This document shows, piece after piece, positions 28,499 through 36,772 of a stretch of DNA of 64,000 nucleotides. The translations under genes were made by a program, and so were the position numbers. The DNA lies in IMG/VR virus record IMGVR_UViG_2706794597_000005, positions 1 to 64,000 of that record; one strand, 5' to 3'. Under the pieces are notes generated by a model, which saw nothing but the letters and a program-made list of their open reading frames with translations, did no database searches and was not told the origin of the DNA. Source of the DNA: a virus (Duplodnaviria > Caudoviricetes). Position 1 is the stretch's first letter. Each line of letters begins with the position of its first letter.

Positions 28499-29689
28499 AT
28501 GAGTGACTATCACCACGGCGTACAGGTCATCGAAATCAACGACGGTACCCGTGTCATTTCTACTGTCTCAACCGCGATTGTTGGTATGGTCTGCACGGCC
28601 AGCGATGCAGATGCAGCAACATTTCCCCTCAATGAGCCGGTGTTAATTACCAATGTACAGAGCGCCATCGCCAAAGCCGGTAAAAAAGGCACATTGGCCG
28701 CAGCATTACAGGCTATTGCTGACCAGTCGAAACCCGTCATTGTTGTTGTGCGTGTGGAGGAGGGTTCCGGCGATGATGATGAAGCCAAACTCGCGCAGAC
28801 AGTTTCCAACATCATTGGCACCACTGACGAAAACGGTAAATACACCGGCCTGAAAGCCCTACTCACCGCCGAGGCGGTCACTGGTGTTAAGCCGCGTATT
28901 CTTGGGGTACCGGGACTGGACACCAAAGAGGTCGCTGCCGCACTGGCACCAATCTGCCAGAAACTACGTGCATTTGGTTATGTCAGCGCGTGGGACTGTA
29001 AGACTGTTTCCGAAGCGAAAGCCTATCGCGAGAATTTCAACCAGCGTGAGCTGATGGTGATCTGGCCGGATTTTCTGGCATGGAATACTGCGACTAACAC
29101 GACAACTATTGCCTACGCCACCGCTCGCGCACTTGGTCTGCGTGCCAAGATCGACCATGAACAGGGCTGGCACAAAACGCTGTCTAACGTCGGCATCAAT
29201 GGCGTCACCGGTATCAGCGCCTCGGTATTCTGGGATTTACAAGAACCGGGTACTGATGCCGACCTGCTCAATGAATCCGGTGTCACCACGCTGATCCGCA
29301 AAGATGGTTTTCGTTTTTGGGGCAACCGTACCTGCGCGGATGACCCACTATTCCTATTTGAAAACTATACCCGCACCGCACAGGTTATCGCCGATACCCT
29401 GGCCGAGGGGCATAGATGGGCGGTGGATAAACCTGTCACCGCCACATTGATTCGCGACATCGTAGATGGCATCAATGCCAAATTTCGCGAGCTGAAAACT
29501 AACGGCTATATCATCGATGCAAGCTGCTGGTTTGATGAAGAAGCCAATGACGCCGAAACCCTGAAAGCCGGAAAACTGTATATTGATTATGACTATACGC
29601 CGGTACCGCCACTAGAAAACCTGACCTTACGCCAGCGTATCACCGATAAGTATCTGGCAAATCTAGTCTCCTCGGTTAACAGCAAATAA
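28499..29689 (+). CDS. FI: Tail sheath gpFI
   Basis: MSDYHHGV, GFRFWGNRT, PPLENL. Confidence 0.97.
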   Translation: MSDYHHGVQVIEINDGTRVISTVSTAIVGMVCTASDADAATFPLNEPVLITNVQSAIAKAGKKGTLAAALQAIADQSKPVIVVVRVEEGSGDDDEAKLAQTVSNIIGTTDENGKYTGLKALLTAEAVTGVKPRILGVPGLDTKEVAAALAPICQKLRAFGYVSAWDCKTVSEAKAYRENFNQRELMVIWPDFLAWNTATNTTTIAYATARALGLRAKIDHEQGWHKTLSNVGINGVTGISASVFWDLQEPGTDADLLNESGVTTLIRKDGFRFWGNRTCADDPLFLFENYTRTAQVIADTLAEGHRWAVDKPVTATLIRDIVDGINAKFRELKTNGYIIDASCWFDEEANDAETLKAGKLYIDYDYTPVPPLENLTLRQRITDKYLANLVSSVNSK

Positions 29690-29701
29690 GGAGCCTGAAC
29701 A

Positions 29702-30220
29702 ATGGCAATGCCACGCAAACTGAAAATGATGAATGTGTTCCTGAATGGCTACAGTTATCAGGGCGTCGCCAAGTCAATTACGTTACCCAAACTGACCCGT
29801 AAGCTCGAAAACTATCGCGGTGCGGGCATGAATGGCAGTGCTCCGGTCGATCTCGGTTTGGATGATGATGCCCTGTCAATGGAATGGTCGCTTGGCGGTT
29901 TCCCTGATGCGGTTATCTGGGAGTTGTATGCTGCCACTGGTATCAATGCGGTACCGATTCGTTTTTCTGGCTCTTACCAGCGCGATGATAGTGGCGAAAC
30001 GGTGGCCGTCGAAGTCGTGATGCGCGGTCGCCAGAAAGAGATCGACACCGGCGAAGGCAAAGAGGGAGAGGATACTGAAGCGAAAATCTCGGTGGTCTGC
30101 ACTTACTTCAAACTGACGCTGGACGGTAAAGAATTGGTCGAAATAGACACCCTCAATATGATTGAGAAGGTGAATGGCGTCGACCGCCTCGAACAGCATC
30201 GCCGCAATATCGGCCTGTAA
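29702..30220 (+). CDS. FII: Tail tube gpFII
   Basis: MAMPRKLK, LPKLTRKLENYRGAGM. Confidence 0.97.
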   Translation: MAMPRKLKMMNVFLNGYSYQGVAKSITLPKLTRKLENYRGAGMNGSAPVDLGLDDDALSMEWSLGGFPDAVIWELYAATGINAVPIRFSGSYQRDDSGETVAVEVVMRGRQKEIDTGEGKEGEDTEAKISVVCTYFKLTLDGKELVEIDTLNMIEKVNGVDRLEQHRRNIGL

Positions 30221-30281
30221 TCTTTACCCGGTCAGTCAGGCTGGCCGGTTTCCCCTGACAACTAAGTGAAACGAGAAAATC

Positions 30282-30563
30282 ATGACGAAAGAAAACGAGA
30301 ATATCGTCACTTTGGAAAGCCCGGTTAAACGTGGCGGGCAGGAAGTTGCGAGTATCACCCTGATCAAACCCAATGCCGGGACCCTGCGCGGTGTCAGTCT
30401 GGCGGCAGTAGCGAACTCTGAGGTTGACGCGCTGATTAAGGTGCTGCCGCGTATGACTTATCCGTCACTGACTGAACAAGAAGTCGCCGCATTAGAACTG
30501 CCAGACCTTGTGGCACTGGCTGGTAAGGTGGTGGGTTTTTTATCGCCGAATTCGGTGCAGTAG
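30282..30563 (+). CDS. E: Tail assembly chaperone gpE
   Basis: L..PVKRG, KPNAGTLRGVSL. Confidence 0.93.
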   Translation: MTKENENIVTLESPVKRGGQEVASITLIKPNAGTLRGVSLAAVANSEVDALIKVLPRMTYPSLTEQEVAALELPDLVALAGKVVGFLSPNSVQ

Positions 30564-30715
30564 ATTTCCCGAAGAAACTGTCGGTCGATGATTTGATGGC
30601 AGATATTGCCGTGATATTCCACTGGCCACCATCAGAGTTATATCCCCTGAGTCTGACTGAACTCATCACATGGCGCGAAAAAGCGCTCCAGCGAAGTGGA
30701 AATACCCATGAGTAA
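30533..30715 (+). other. Programmed -1 frameshift site and E' extension (gpE+E')
   Basis: GGGTTTTTT at 30533-30541; the -1 frame reads ..LSVDDLMADIAVIFHWPPSE...WREKALQRSGNTHE*. Confidence 0.88.
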
Positions 30716-33152
30716 CAACGTTAAGTTACAGGTATTACTCAAGGCTGTTGACCAAGCAACGCGCCCGTTTAAATCCATTCAGACAGCGAGTAAATCGCTG
30801 TCTGGGGATATTCGGGAAACACAAAAATCATTACGCGAACTGAGCGGTCAGGCATCCCGTATTGAGGGATTCCGTAAGTCCAGCGCACAGCTTGCCGTCA
30901 CCGGTCAGGAGCTGAAAAGAGCAAAAGAAGAAGCTCACGCGTTAGCTATTCAATTTAGAAACACCGAACAGCCGACCCGCGCACAGGCTCAGGCGATGGA
31001 GGCCGCCCGCAAAAATGCCGCCGCTCTTCAGCTCAAACATAATAGCTTACGACAGGCAGTACAGCGCCAGCGTCAGGAACTCAGTCAGGCGGGTATTAAT
31101 ACACGCACATTGGCGGCGGATGAACGACGTCTGAAAAGCGCCATCAGCGAAACCACGGCACAGCTCAATCGTCAGCGTGAAGCGCTGGCGCGAGTCAGTG
31201 CGCAACAGGCAAAACTCAACGCGGTAAAGCAGCGCTATCAGGCGGGTAAAGAGCTGGCGGGTAATGCGGCATCAATCGGGGCTGCTGGTGTAGGGATTGC
31301 AACATCTGGCACGTTAGCCGGTGCTGCGCTGCTGAAATCCGGTTATGACTTTGCACAGAAAAACTCCGAGTTACAGGCGGTGCTCGGCGTGGCAAAAGAC
31401 TCCACAGAAATGGCGACATTACGCAAACAGGCGCGCCAACTTGGCGATAACACCGCAGCCTCTGCCGACGATGCTGCGGGTGCACAGATTATTATCGCCA
31501 AAGCGGGCGGCGATGTGGGTGCCATTCAGGCTGCAACGCCAGTCACGCTAAATATGGCTCTGGCGAATCGACGCACGATGGAGGAAAACGCCGGATTGCT
31601 GATGGGGATGAAATCAGCCTTTCAGCTTGCAAACAATAAGGTCGCGCATATAGGTGATGTGATCTCAATGGCCATGAATAAGACCGCTGCTAATTTTGAT
31701 GGCCTCAGCGATGCATTGACCTACGCCGCCCCGGTGGCGAAAAATGCCGGTGTCAGTATTGAGGAAACCGCCGCTATGGTCGGCGCACTACATGATGCAA
31801 AAATCACCGGTTCAATGGCGGGTACGGGGAGTCGTGCAGTATTGAGTCGCTTACAGGCACCGACCGGTAAGGCGTGGGATGCAATAAAAGAGCTGGGGGT
31901 AAAAACTGCCGACCCCAAAGGCAACACGCGGCCAATTTTTACCATCCTGAAAGAGATACAGGCCAGTTTTGAGAAAAACAAACTGGGTACTGCCCAACGC
32001 GCCGAATACATGAAAACTATTTTTGGCGAGGAAGCCAGCTCGGCCGCGGCGGTTTTAATGACCGCTGCGGTAACCGGTAAACTCGACCAGCTTACCGCTG
32101 CTTTTAAAGCTTCTGACGGCAAAACCGAGGAGCTGGTCAACATTATGCAGGACAACCTCGGCGGCGACTTTAAAGCATTTCAGTCGGCATATCAGGCTGT
32201 GGGGACTGACCTGTATGACCAACAGGAGTATTCACTGCGCAAACTGGTACAAACGGCCACCCAATATGTATTGAAACTGGATCTCTGGATCCAGAAAAAC
32301 AAAGGTTTGGCTCAGACATTAGGCACTATTGCTGCGGTGGAGCTTGGCGTTGTCGGCATAATTGGGGCTATTGGCCTCGTCGCGTGGCCGGTTATCACTG
32401 GTGTGAATGCCATTATCGCTGCGGCTGGCGCGCTAGGCACCGTGTTCACCTCGGTATGCGGCGCAATTATGACTGCCATTGGTACGATCAGTTGGCCGGT
32501 GGTGGCTGTTGTGGCAGCCATTGCCGCCGGAGCGTTACTTATCCGTAAATACTGGCAACCTATCAGCGCATTTTTTGGTGGTGTAGTTGCAGGACTCAAG
32601 GCAGCATTTGCACCGTTCAGTGAAATGTTCGCGCCGCTTAAGCCGATGTTTGATTCTCTCGGCGAAGGCCTGCAAAAGGTCTGGCAATGGTTTAAAGACC
32701 TCATTGCACCGGTGAAATCCAGTAAAGAAACACTCGACAGTTGTCGCAATGCAGGCGTGATATTTGGTCAGGCGCTGGCTGATGCGCTGATGCTACCGCT
32801 CAATGCCTTTAACAAATTGCGCAGTGGTATTGATTGGGTGCTGGAAAAGCTCGGTATTATCAATAAGGAATCCAGCACACTTGACCAAACTGCGACTAAA
32901 GCCAGTGCCGTGACCCAGGGCAGCTCCTACATTCCAGCGACCAGTACTTATGGTGGCTATCAGACCTATCAGCCAGTTACCGCACCTGCGGGTCGTTCTT
33001 ACGTTGACCAGAGCAAAAACGATTACCACATCACGCTCTCTGGTGACGTCTCAACGAGTGACAATCTTAACCGCCAGTTCCGCGATGCTCTCGAACAATA
33101 TGAACGGGAAAAACGCGCCCGTATGCGTGCCAGCATGACATTCGATGGATAA
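30708..33152 (+). CDS. T: Tape measure protein gpT
   Basis: MSNNVKLQVLLKAVDQATRP, TP901-type core, long Ala-rich helical protein. Confidence 0.96.
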   Translation: MSNNVKLQVLLKAVDQATRPFKSIQTASKSLSGDIRETQKSLRELSGQASRIEGFRKSSAQLAVTGQELKRAKEEAHALAIQFRNTEQPTRAQAQAMEAARKNAAALQLKHNSLRQAVQRQRQELSQAGINTRTLAADERRLKSAISETTAQLNRQREALARVSAQQAKLNAVKQRYQAGKELAGNAASIGAAGVGIATSGTLAGAALLKSGYDFAQKNSELQAVLGVAKDSTEMATLRKQARQLGDNTAASADDAAGAQIIIAKAGGDVGAIQAATPVTLNMALANRRTMEENAGLLMGMKSAFQLANNKVAHIGDVISMAMNKTAANFDGLSDALTYAAPVAKNAGVSIEETAAMVGALHDAKITGSMAGTGSRAVLSRLQAPTGKAWDAIKELGVKTADPKGNTRPIFTILKEIQASFEKNKLGTAQRAEYMKTIFGEEASSAAAVLMTAAVTGKLDQLTAAFKASDGKTEELVNIMQDNLGGDFKAFQSAYQAVGTDLYDQQEYSLRKLVQTATQYVLKLDLWIQKNKGLAQTLGTIAAVELGVVGIIGAIGLVAWPVITGVNAIIAAAGALGTVFTSVCGAIMTAIGTISWPVVAVVAAIAAGALLIRKYWQPISAFFGGVVAGLKAAFAPFSEMFAPLKPMFDSLGEGLQKVWQWFKDLIAPVKSSKETLDSCRNAGVIFGQALADALMLPLNAFNKLRSGIDWVLEKLGIINKESSTLDQTATKASAVTQGSSYIPATSTYGGYQTYQPVTAPAGRSYVDQSKNDYHITLSGDVSTSDNLNRQFRDALEQYEREKRARMRASMTFDG

Positions 33153-33166
33153 GGAGATAACACACC

Positions 33167-33646
33167 ATGATGCTCGCACTCGGTATGTTTGTTTTTATGC
33201 GGCAAACACTACCCTACCAGAATTTTCAGCGTAATGCGGAGTATCGCTGGCCGTCTAATAGTCGGGTTGGTCAGCGTGATGCTTTTCAATTTCTTGGGGT
33301 TGGCGAAGAGAAAATCACACTTGGGGGTGTGCTTTATCCCGAACTCACCGGCGGTAAAATGACCATAACTACGCTTAGACTGATGGCTGAAGAAGGTCGC
33401 GCGTGGCCATTGCTGGATGGTACCGGCATGATTTACGGTATGTATATCATTAACTCGGTGAATGAAACCGGTAGTGTGTTTTTTGTCGACGGCACCCCGC
33501 GCAAAATCGATTTTACGCTAACGCTCACCCGCGTGGATGAATCGCTTGCAGCGCTATATGGCGATATAGGTAAACAGAGCGAAACGCTCATTGGCAATAA
33601 CGGCGATATGGTCGCAAAACTGGCTGGCGCAGTGGGGGCGAATTAA
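33167..33646 (+). CDS. U: Tail protein gpU
   Basis: MMLALGMFVF...TLPYQ, ITL.GVLYPE. Confidence 0.95.
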   Translation: MMLALGMFVFMRQTLPYQNFQRNAEYRWPSNSRVGQRDAFQFLGVGEEKITLGGVLYPELTGGKMTITTLRLMAEEGRAWPLLDGTGMIYGMYIINSVNETGSVFFVDGTPRKIDFTLTLTRVDESLAALYGDIGKQSETLIGNNGDMVAKLAGAVGAN

Positions 33647-34806
33647 TGTTAGATGTGCTGACAAAAGATGCGGGTAGCATATTGATGCCGGATTTTATGT
33701 TAACGCTTGATAGTCGTGATATTACCGGCAATATCAGCAACCGCTTGATAAATCTAACGCTGACTGATAATCGCGGCTTTGAAGCCGACCAGCTTGATAT
33801 TGAACTTGATGATGCCGATGGGCGGGTCGCGCTGCCGCTACGCGGTGCCGTTTTGACGCTGTTTCTCGGCTGGAAAGGATTTGCGCTGATCGATAAAGGC
33901 AACTTTACCGTTGATGAAGTGGAACATCGCGGCGCACCGGATACCGTGACCATCCGTGCCAGAAGTGCAGATTTTCGTGGAACGCTAAATTCCAGACGCG
34001 AGGAATCATGGCATGACACCACGCTCGGCGCTATCGTTGAAGCCATCGCCACGCGGAACAAACTCATTGCCAGCGTAGCTCCAGCATTAGCCTCAATTAA
34101 AATTCCGCATATCGACCAGTCGCAAGAGTCCGACGCTAAATTCCTCACTCGCCTTGCCGAACGGAACGGAGGCGAAGTCTCCGTCAAAGCGGGGAAGCTG
34201 TTGTTTCTCATAGCTGGCCGCGGCGTAACGGCCAGTGGTCACCCCATTCCACCAGTCACCCTCACCCGCAGCGACGGCGATCGGCACCAATTTGCCATCG
34301 CTGATCGGGGCGCTTACACCGGTGTTACAGCTAAGTGGTTACATACCAAAGACCCGAAGCCGCAAAAGCAAAAAGTGAAGCTCCAGCGCAAACCCAAAGA
34401 ACAGCATTTAAGGGCGTTACAACACCCCAAAGCGAAACCGGAAGCGAAGAAAAAAACCACTAAAGAGCAGGAAACGCGCGAGGGTGAATATATGGTGGGC
34501 GAAGCGGATAACGTGTTTGCCCTAACGACGGTCTATGCCACACAAGCGCAAGCCATGCGCGCCGCTCAGGCAAAATGGGATAAATTACAACGTGGTGTGG
34601 CTGAGTTTTCTATTACGTTGGCCATTGGCAGACCCGAGCTTTACCCGGAAACCCCTGTCAAAGTGAAAGGATTTAAGTCGGTGATCGATAACCAGTCGTG
34701 GATAATTACTAAAGTTATTCATTCGCTCAATAATAGCGGTTATACGACAAACCTCGAACTTGAAGTTCTATTATCAGATATAAGCTATGAAGCTACTGAT
34801 GGATAA
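33646..34806 (+). CDS. D: Baseplate hub gpD
   Basis: LTDNRGFEADQL, HIDQSQESD, LQRGVAEFSI. Confidence 0.95.
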   Translation: MLDVLTKDAGSILMPDFMLTLDSRDITGNISNRLINLTLTDNRGFEADQLDIELDDADGRVALPLRGAVLTLFLGWKGFALIDKGNFTVDEVEHRGAPDTVTIRARSADFRGTLNSRREESWHDTTLGAIVEAIATRNKLIASVAPALASIKIPHIDQSQESDAKFLTRLAERNGGEVSVKAGKLLFLIAGRGVTASGHPIPPVTLTRSDGDRHQFAIADRGAYTGVTAKWLHTKDPKPQKQKVKLQRKPKEQHLRALQHPKAKPEAKKKTTKEQETREGEYMVGEADNVFALTTVYATQAQAMRAAQAKWDKLQRGVAEFSITLAIGRPELYPETPVKVKGFKSVIDNQSWIITKVIHSLNNSGYTTNLELEVLLSDISYEATDG

Positions 34807-34889
34807 CTTGTTGAATACAAACAGATGATTTATTCATTTGAATAATTTAAAATAGTCAATAAGCTCAAATGAACGTTGAGGTGTTTATT

Positions 34890-35108
34890 ATGATGCGATG
34901 CCCTATTTGCCGTTGCACAGCGCATACTCGCTCCAGTCGTGAAATATCTGCCGAAACTAAAGAGAGATATAATCAGTGTACCAATATTAATTGCGGACAC
35001 ACCTTTATTACAATGGAGACATTTATTCGCTCTATTATGACTCCGGGTATTATTAATAAAGTTCCGCCACATTCAACGGCTCAAAGACAATCTACGCTCA
35101 ATTTCTAA
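34890..35108 (+). CDS. ogr: Late gene activator Ogr/B (C4 zinc finger)
   Basis: MMRCPIC...AHTRSSR, ERYNQCTNINCGHTF. Confidence 0.95.
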   Translation: MMRCPICRCTAHTRSSREISAETKERYNQCTNINCGHTFITMETFIRSIMTPGIINKVPPHSTAQRQSTLNF

Positions 35109-35126
35109 TTATATTATTTGGCTAAA

Positions 35127-35154
35127 AAACAACCTGCGAACTCGCGGGTTTTTT
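35127..35154 (+). terminator. Rho-independent terminator after ogr
   Basis: AACCTGCG-AACT-CGCGGGTT-TTTT. Confidence 0.65.
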
Positions 35155-35262
35155 AGCGTCAAAATATCGCCATTGCCACAGATTTCTGTCGCCATTTTGT
35201 CGCCACTACTTTTGGGAGTTTTAACTGAGGGTTTTGTAATTTGTTGATATTTAGGGATTTGT

Positions 35263-35309
35263 TGGTGGGTCGTGCAGGGTTCGAACCTGCGACCAATTGA
35301 TTAAGAGTC
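35263..35309 (-). other. att core: 3' half of tRNA-Lys(CTT), shared junction of the two prophages
   Basis: Minus strand GACTCTTAATCAATTGGTCGCAGGTTCGAACCCTGCACGACCCACCA = anticodon arm, T arm and CCA; 5' half absent; arm-like direct repeats on both sides. Confidence 0.9.
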
Positions 35310-35660
35310 CCTAGAACCACATGTAACACACTGTTTTTAAAGCCTAAAACTGCATTCACACTGTGTATTTAGGAAAACAATGACCATTTAGCGACACTTT
35401 TGCGGCACACTCTTGCGTCACGAAAATGGCACGCACCAACATCATCTCACTCAATGCTACCTTGGCGCTTTGATTGTCCGCGATATGCAATTTTTCGTCA
35501 TGCCTTGGGCACAAATCTGACACACCTATCCCCACCCTGCGATCAATAGCTGACCATAAGCATCTCAAATGCTACACTCTTGCCGTCCGTTTTTGATAGC
35601 GATGCCTCAATGACGGAACCGTATCCAGTGATAACTATTCAATTAATTAAAGAGTTTAAA

Positions 35661-36746
35661 ATGAAGCAAGAAACAGGGATTTACCTGGATAGAATCGACC
35701 ACTTACGGTTTTTTGCTGCACTTCTAGTTTTTGTCCGCCACTTCAACGGTGGATATACATTTAATGGGTCAATTGACTCTATCAGGGGAATTGTTGGTGC
35801 GATCTTCTCATATGGTGTGACTGGGGTAAGTTTATTCCTTTTTATGTCAGGATTTTTGTTTTGCATCATATGTGATGCTGGTAAAAAAGATATAAATTAT
35901 TCTGGTTTTATGAGAAACAGAATATTAAGAATATTTCCACTTCTTACGTTTTCTATGTTTATAGTAATAAGTATGAGCGCTGGAACTTCATCGCCAATGG
36001 ATATATTTAGGCTTCTAACGCTACAGCTTAATACTGGAGGAATCAGCTGGGGAGTTGATAAATTCAATCTTTGGCCTATATGGACAATTGCTGTTGAATT
36101 TCAATTTTATCTAATATTCCCATTTATAATACGAGCATTTAAAAATGGCGGATATAAATATATAATTTCTCTAATGGTATTGATGTTAATAATTAGGCTG
36201 ATAATAATAGAGACATATCAGGCCAAATCTGGAGATATATTTTATAATTCACTAATAGGCAGGCTTGACCAGTTTTTGGTGGGTATTATTTTTGGGAAAA
36301 TGTATTTGAATGGATGCTTTTCTTGGTGTAAAAGAAAGATAATGGCAATACCCACAATGATTATTTGTTTGATTCTTATATTTTGCTATTTCTACTTAAG
36401 AAAACCATACATGAATTACGCCAATAGCCTTGGTTTCATTTTTGAAGCTTTACTGTGGGGTTTATTTGCAATGGGATATATTTCAATGTCAGGAGTGATA
36501 AATAGAACAATAAATACTATCCTTTCAAAGTTGGGAGAGATAAGTTTTTCATTCTACTTACTTCACTTCCCTGTTATGGTTGCTGTAATTAGCTATTTTA
36601 AAGTTAACTTTCAATCTCAGTATAGCGAAAATGGATTGGCTGTAACGTTATTAATTGGGCTTCCTTGCGTGATATTTGTTTCATCATTATCTTATTATGT
36701 TATTGAAAAGCCTTTTCTTGGAATGAGAAAAAAGTATAGCAAATAA
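35661..36746 (+). CDS. Acyltransferase_3 (OafA/Oac-like) O-antigen acetyltransferase, probable seroconversion gene
   Basis: IDHLR..AA..V..H, GV.LF..SGF, RILRIFP, WTIAVEFQFY, GEISFSFYLLH, YYVIEKPF; AT-rich; between att and tailspike. Confidence 0.9.
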   Translation: MKQETGIYLDRIDHLRFFAALLVFVRHFNGGYTFNGSIDSIRGIVGAIFSYGVTGVSLFLFMSGFLFCIICDAGKKDINYSGFMRNRILRIFPLLTFSMFIVISMSAGTSSPMDIFRLLTLQLNTGGISWGVDKFNLWPIWTIAVEFQFYLIFPFIIRAFKNGGYKYIISLMVLMLIIRLIIIETYQAKSGDIFYNSLIGRLDQFLVGIIFGKMYLNGCFSWCKRKIMAIPTMIICLILIFCYFYLRKPYMNYANSLGFIFEALLWGLFAMGYISMSGVINRTINTILSKLGEISFSFYLLHFPVMVAVISYFKVNFQSQYSENGLAVTLLIGLPCVIFVSSLSYYVIEKPFLGMRKKYSK

Positions 36747-36771
36747 AAACCGCCCATTACAGGGCGGTATA
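36746..36771. terminator. Bidirectional terminator between acyltransferase and tailspike
   Basis: ACCGCCC-ATTACA-GGGCGGT between convergent stops. Confidence 0.65.
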
Positions 36772-36772
36772 A

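Larger units (their letters stand above)
1..35309. mobile_element. P2/186-like prophage (left att lies outside window)
   Basis: Canonical order int-cI-apl-cII-B-A ... cos ... Q-P-O-N-M-L-X-Y-K-lysBC-R-S-V-W-J-I-H-G-FI-FII-E-T-U-D-ogr, ending at a tRNA fragment. Confidence 0.97.

Noticed and set aside
5504-34806. Numerous 60-200 aa alternative-frame and antisense ORFs within phage genes
   Set aside because: Shadows of well-supported genes; only lysC and E' have independent support
35263-35309. Functional tRNA-Lys gene
   Set aside because: Acceptor 5' strand and D arm are absent; it is an att remnant
35159-35568. Short ORFs 35159-35359 and 35356-35568
   Set aside because: They overlap the att core and arm sites and show no protein features
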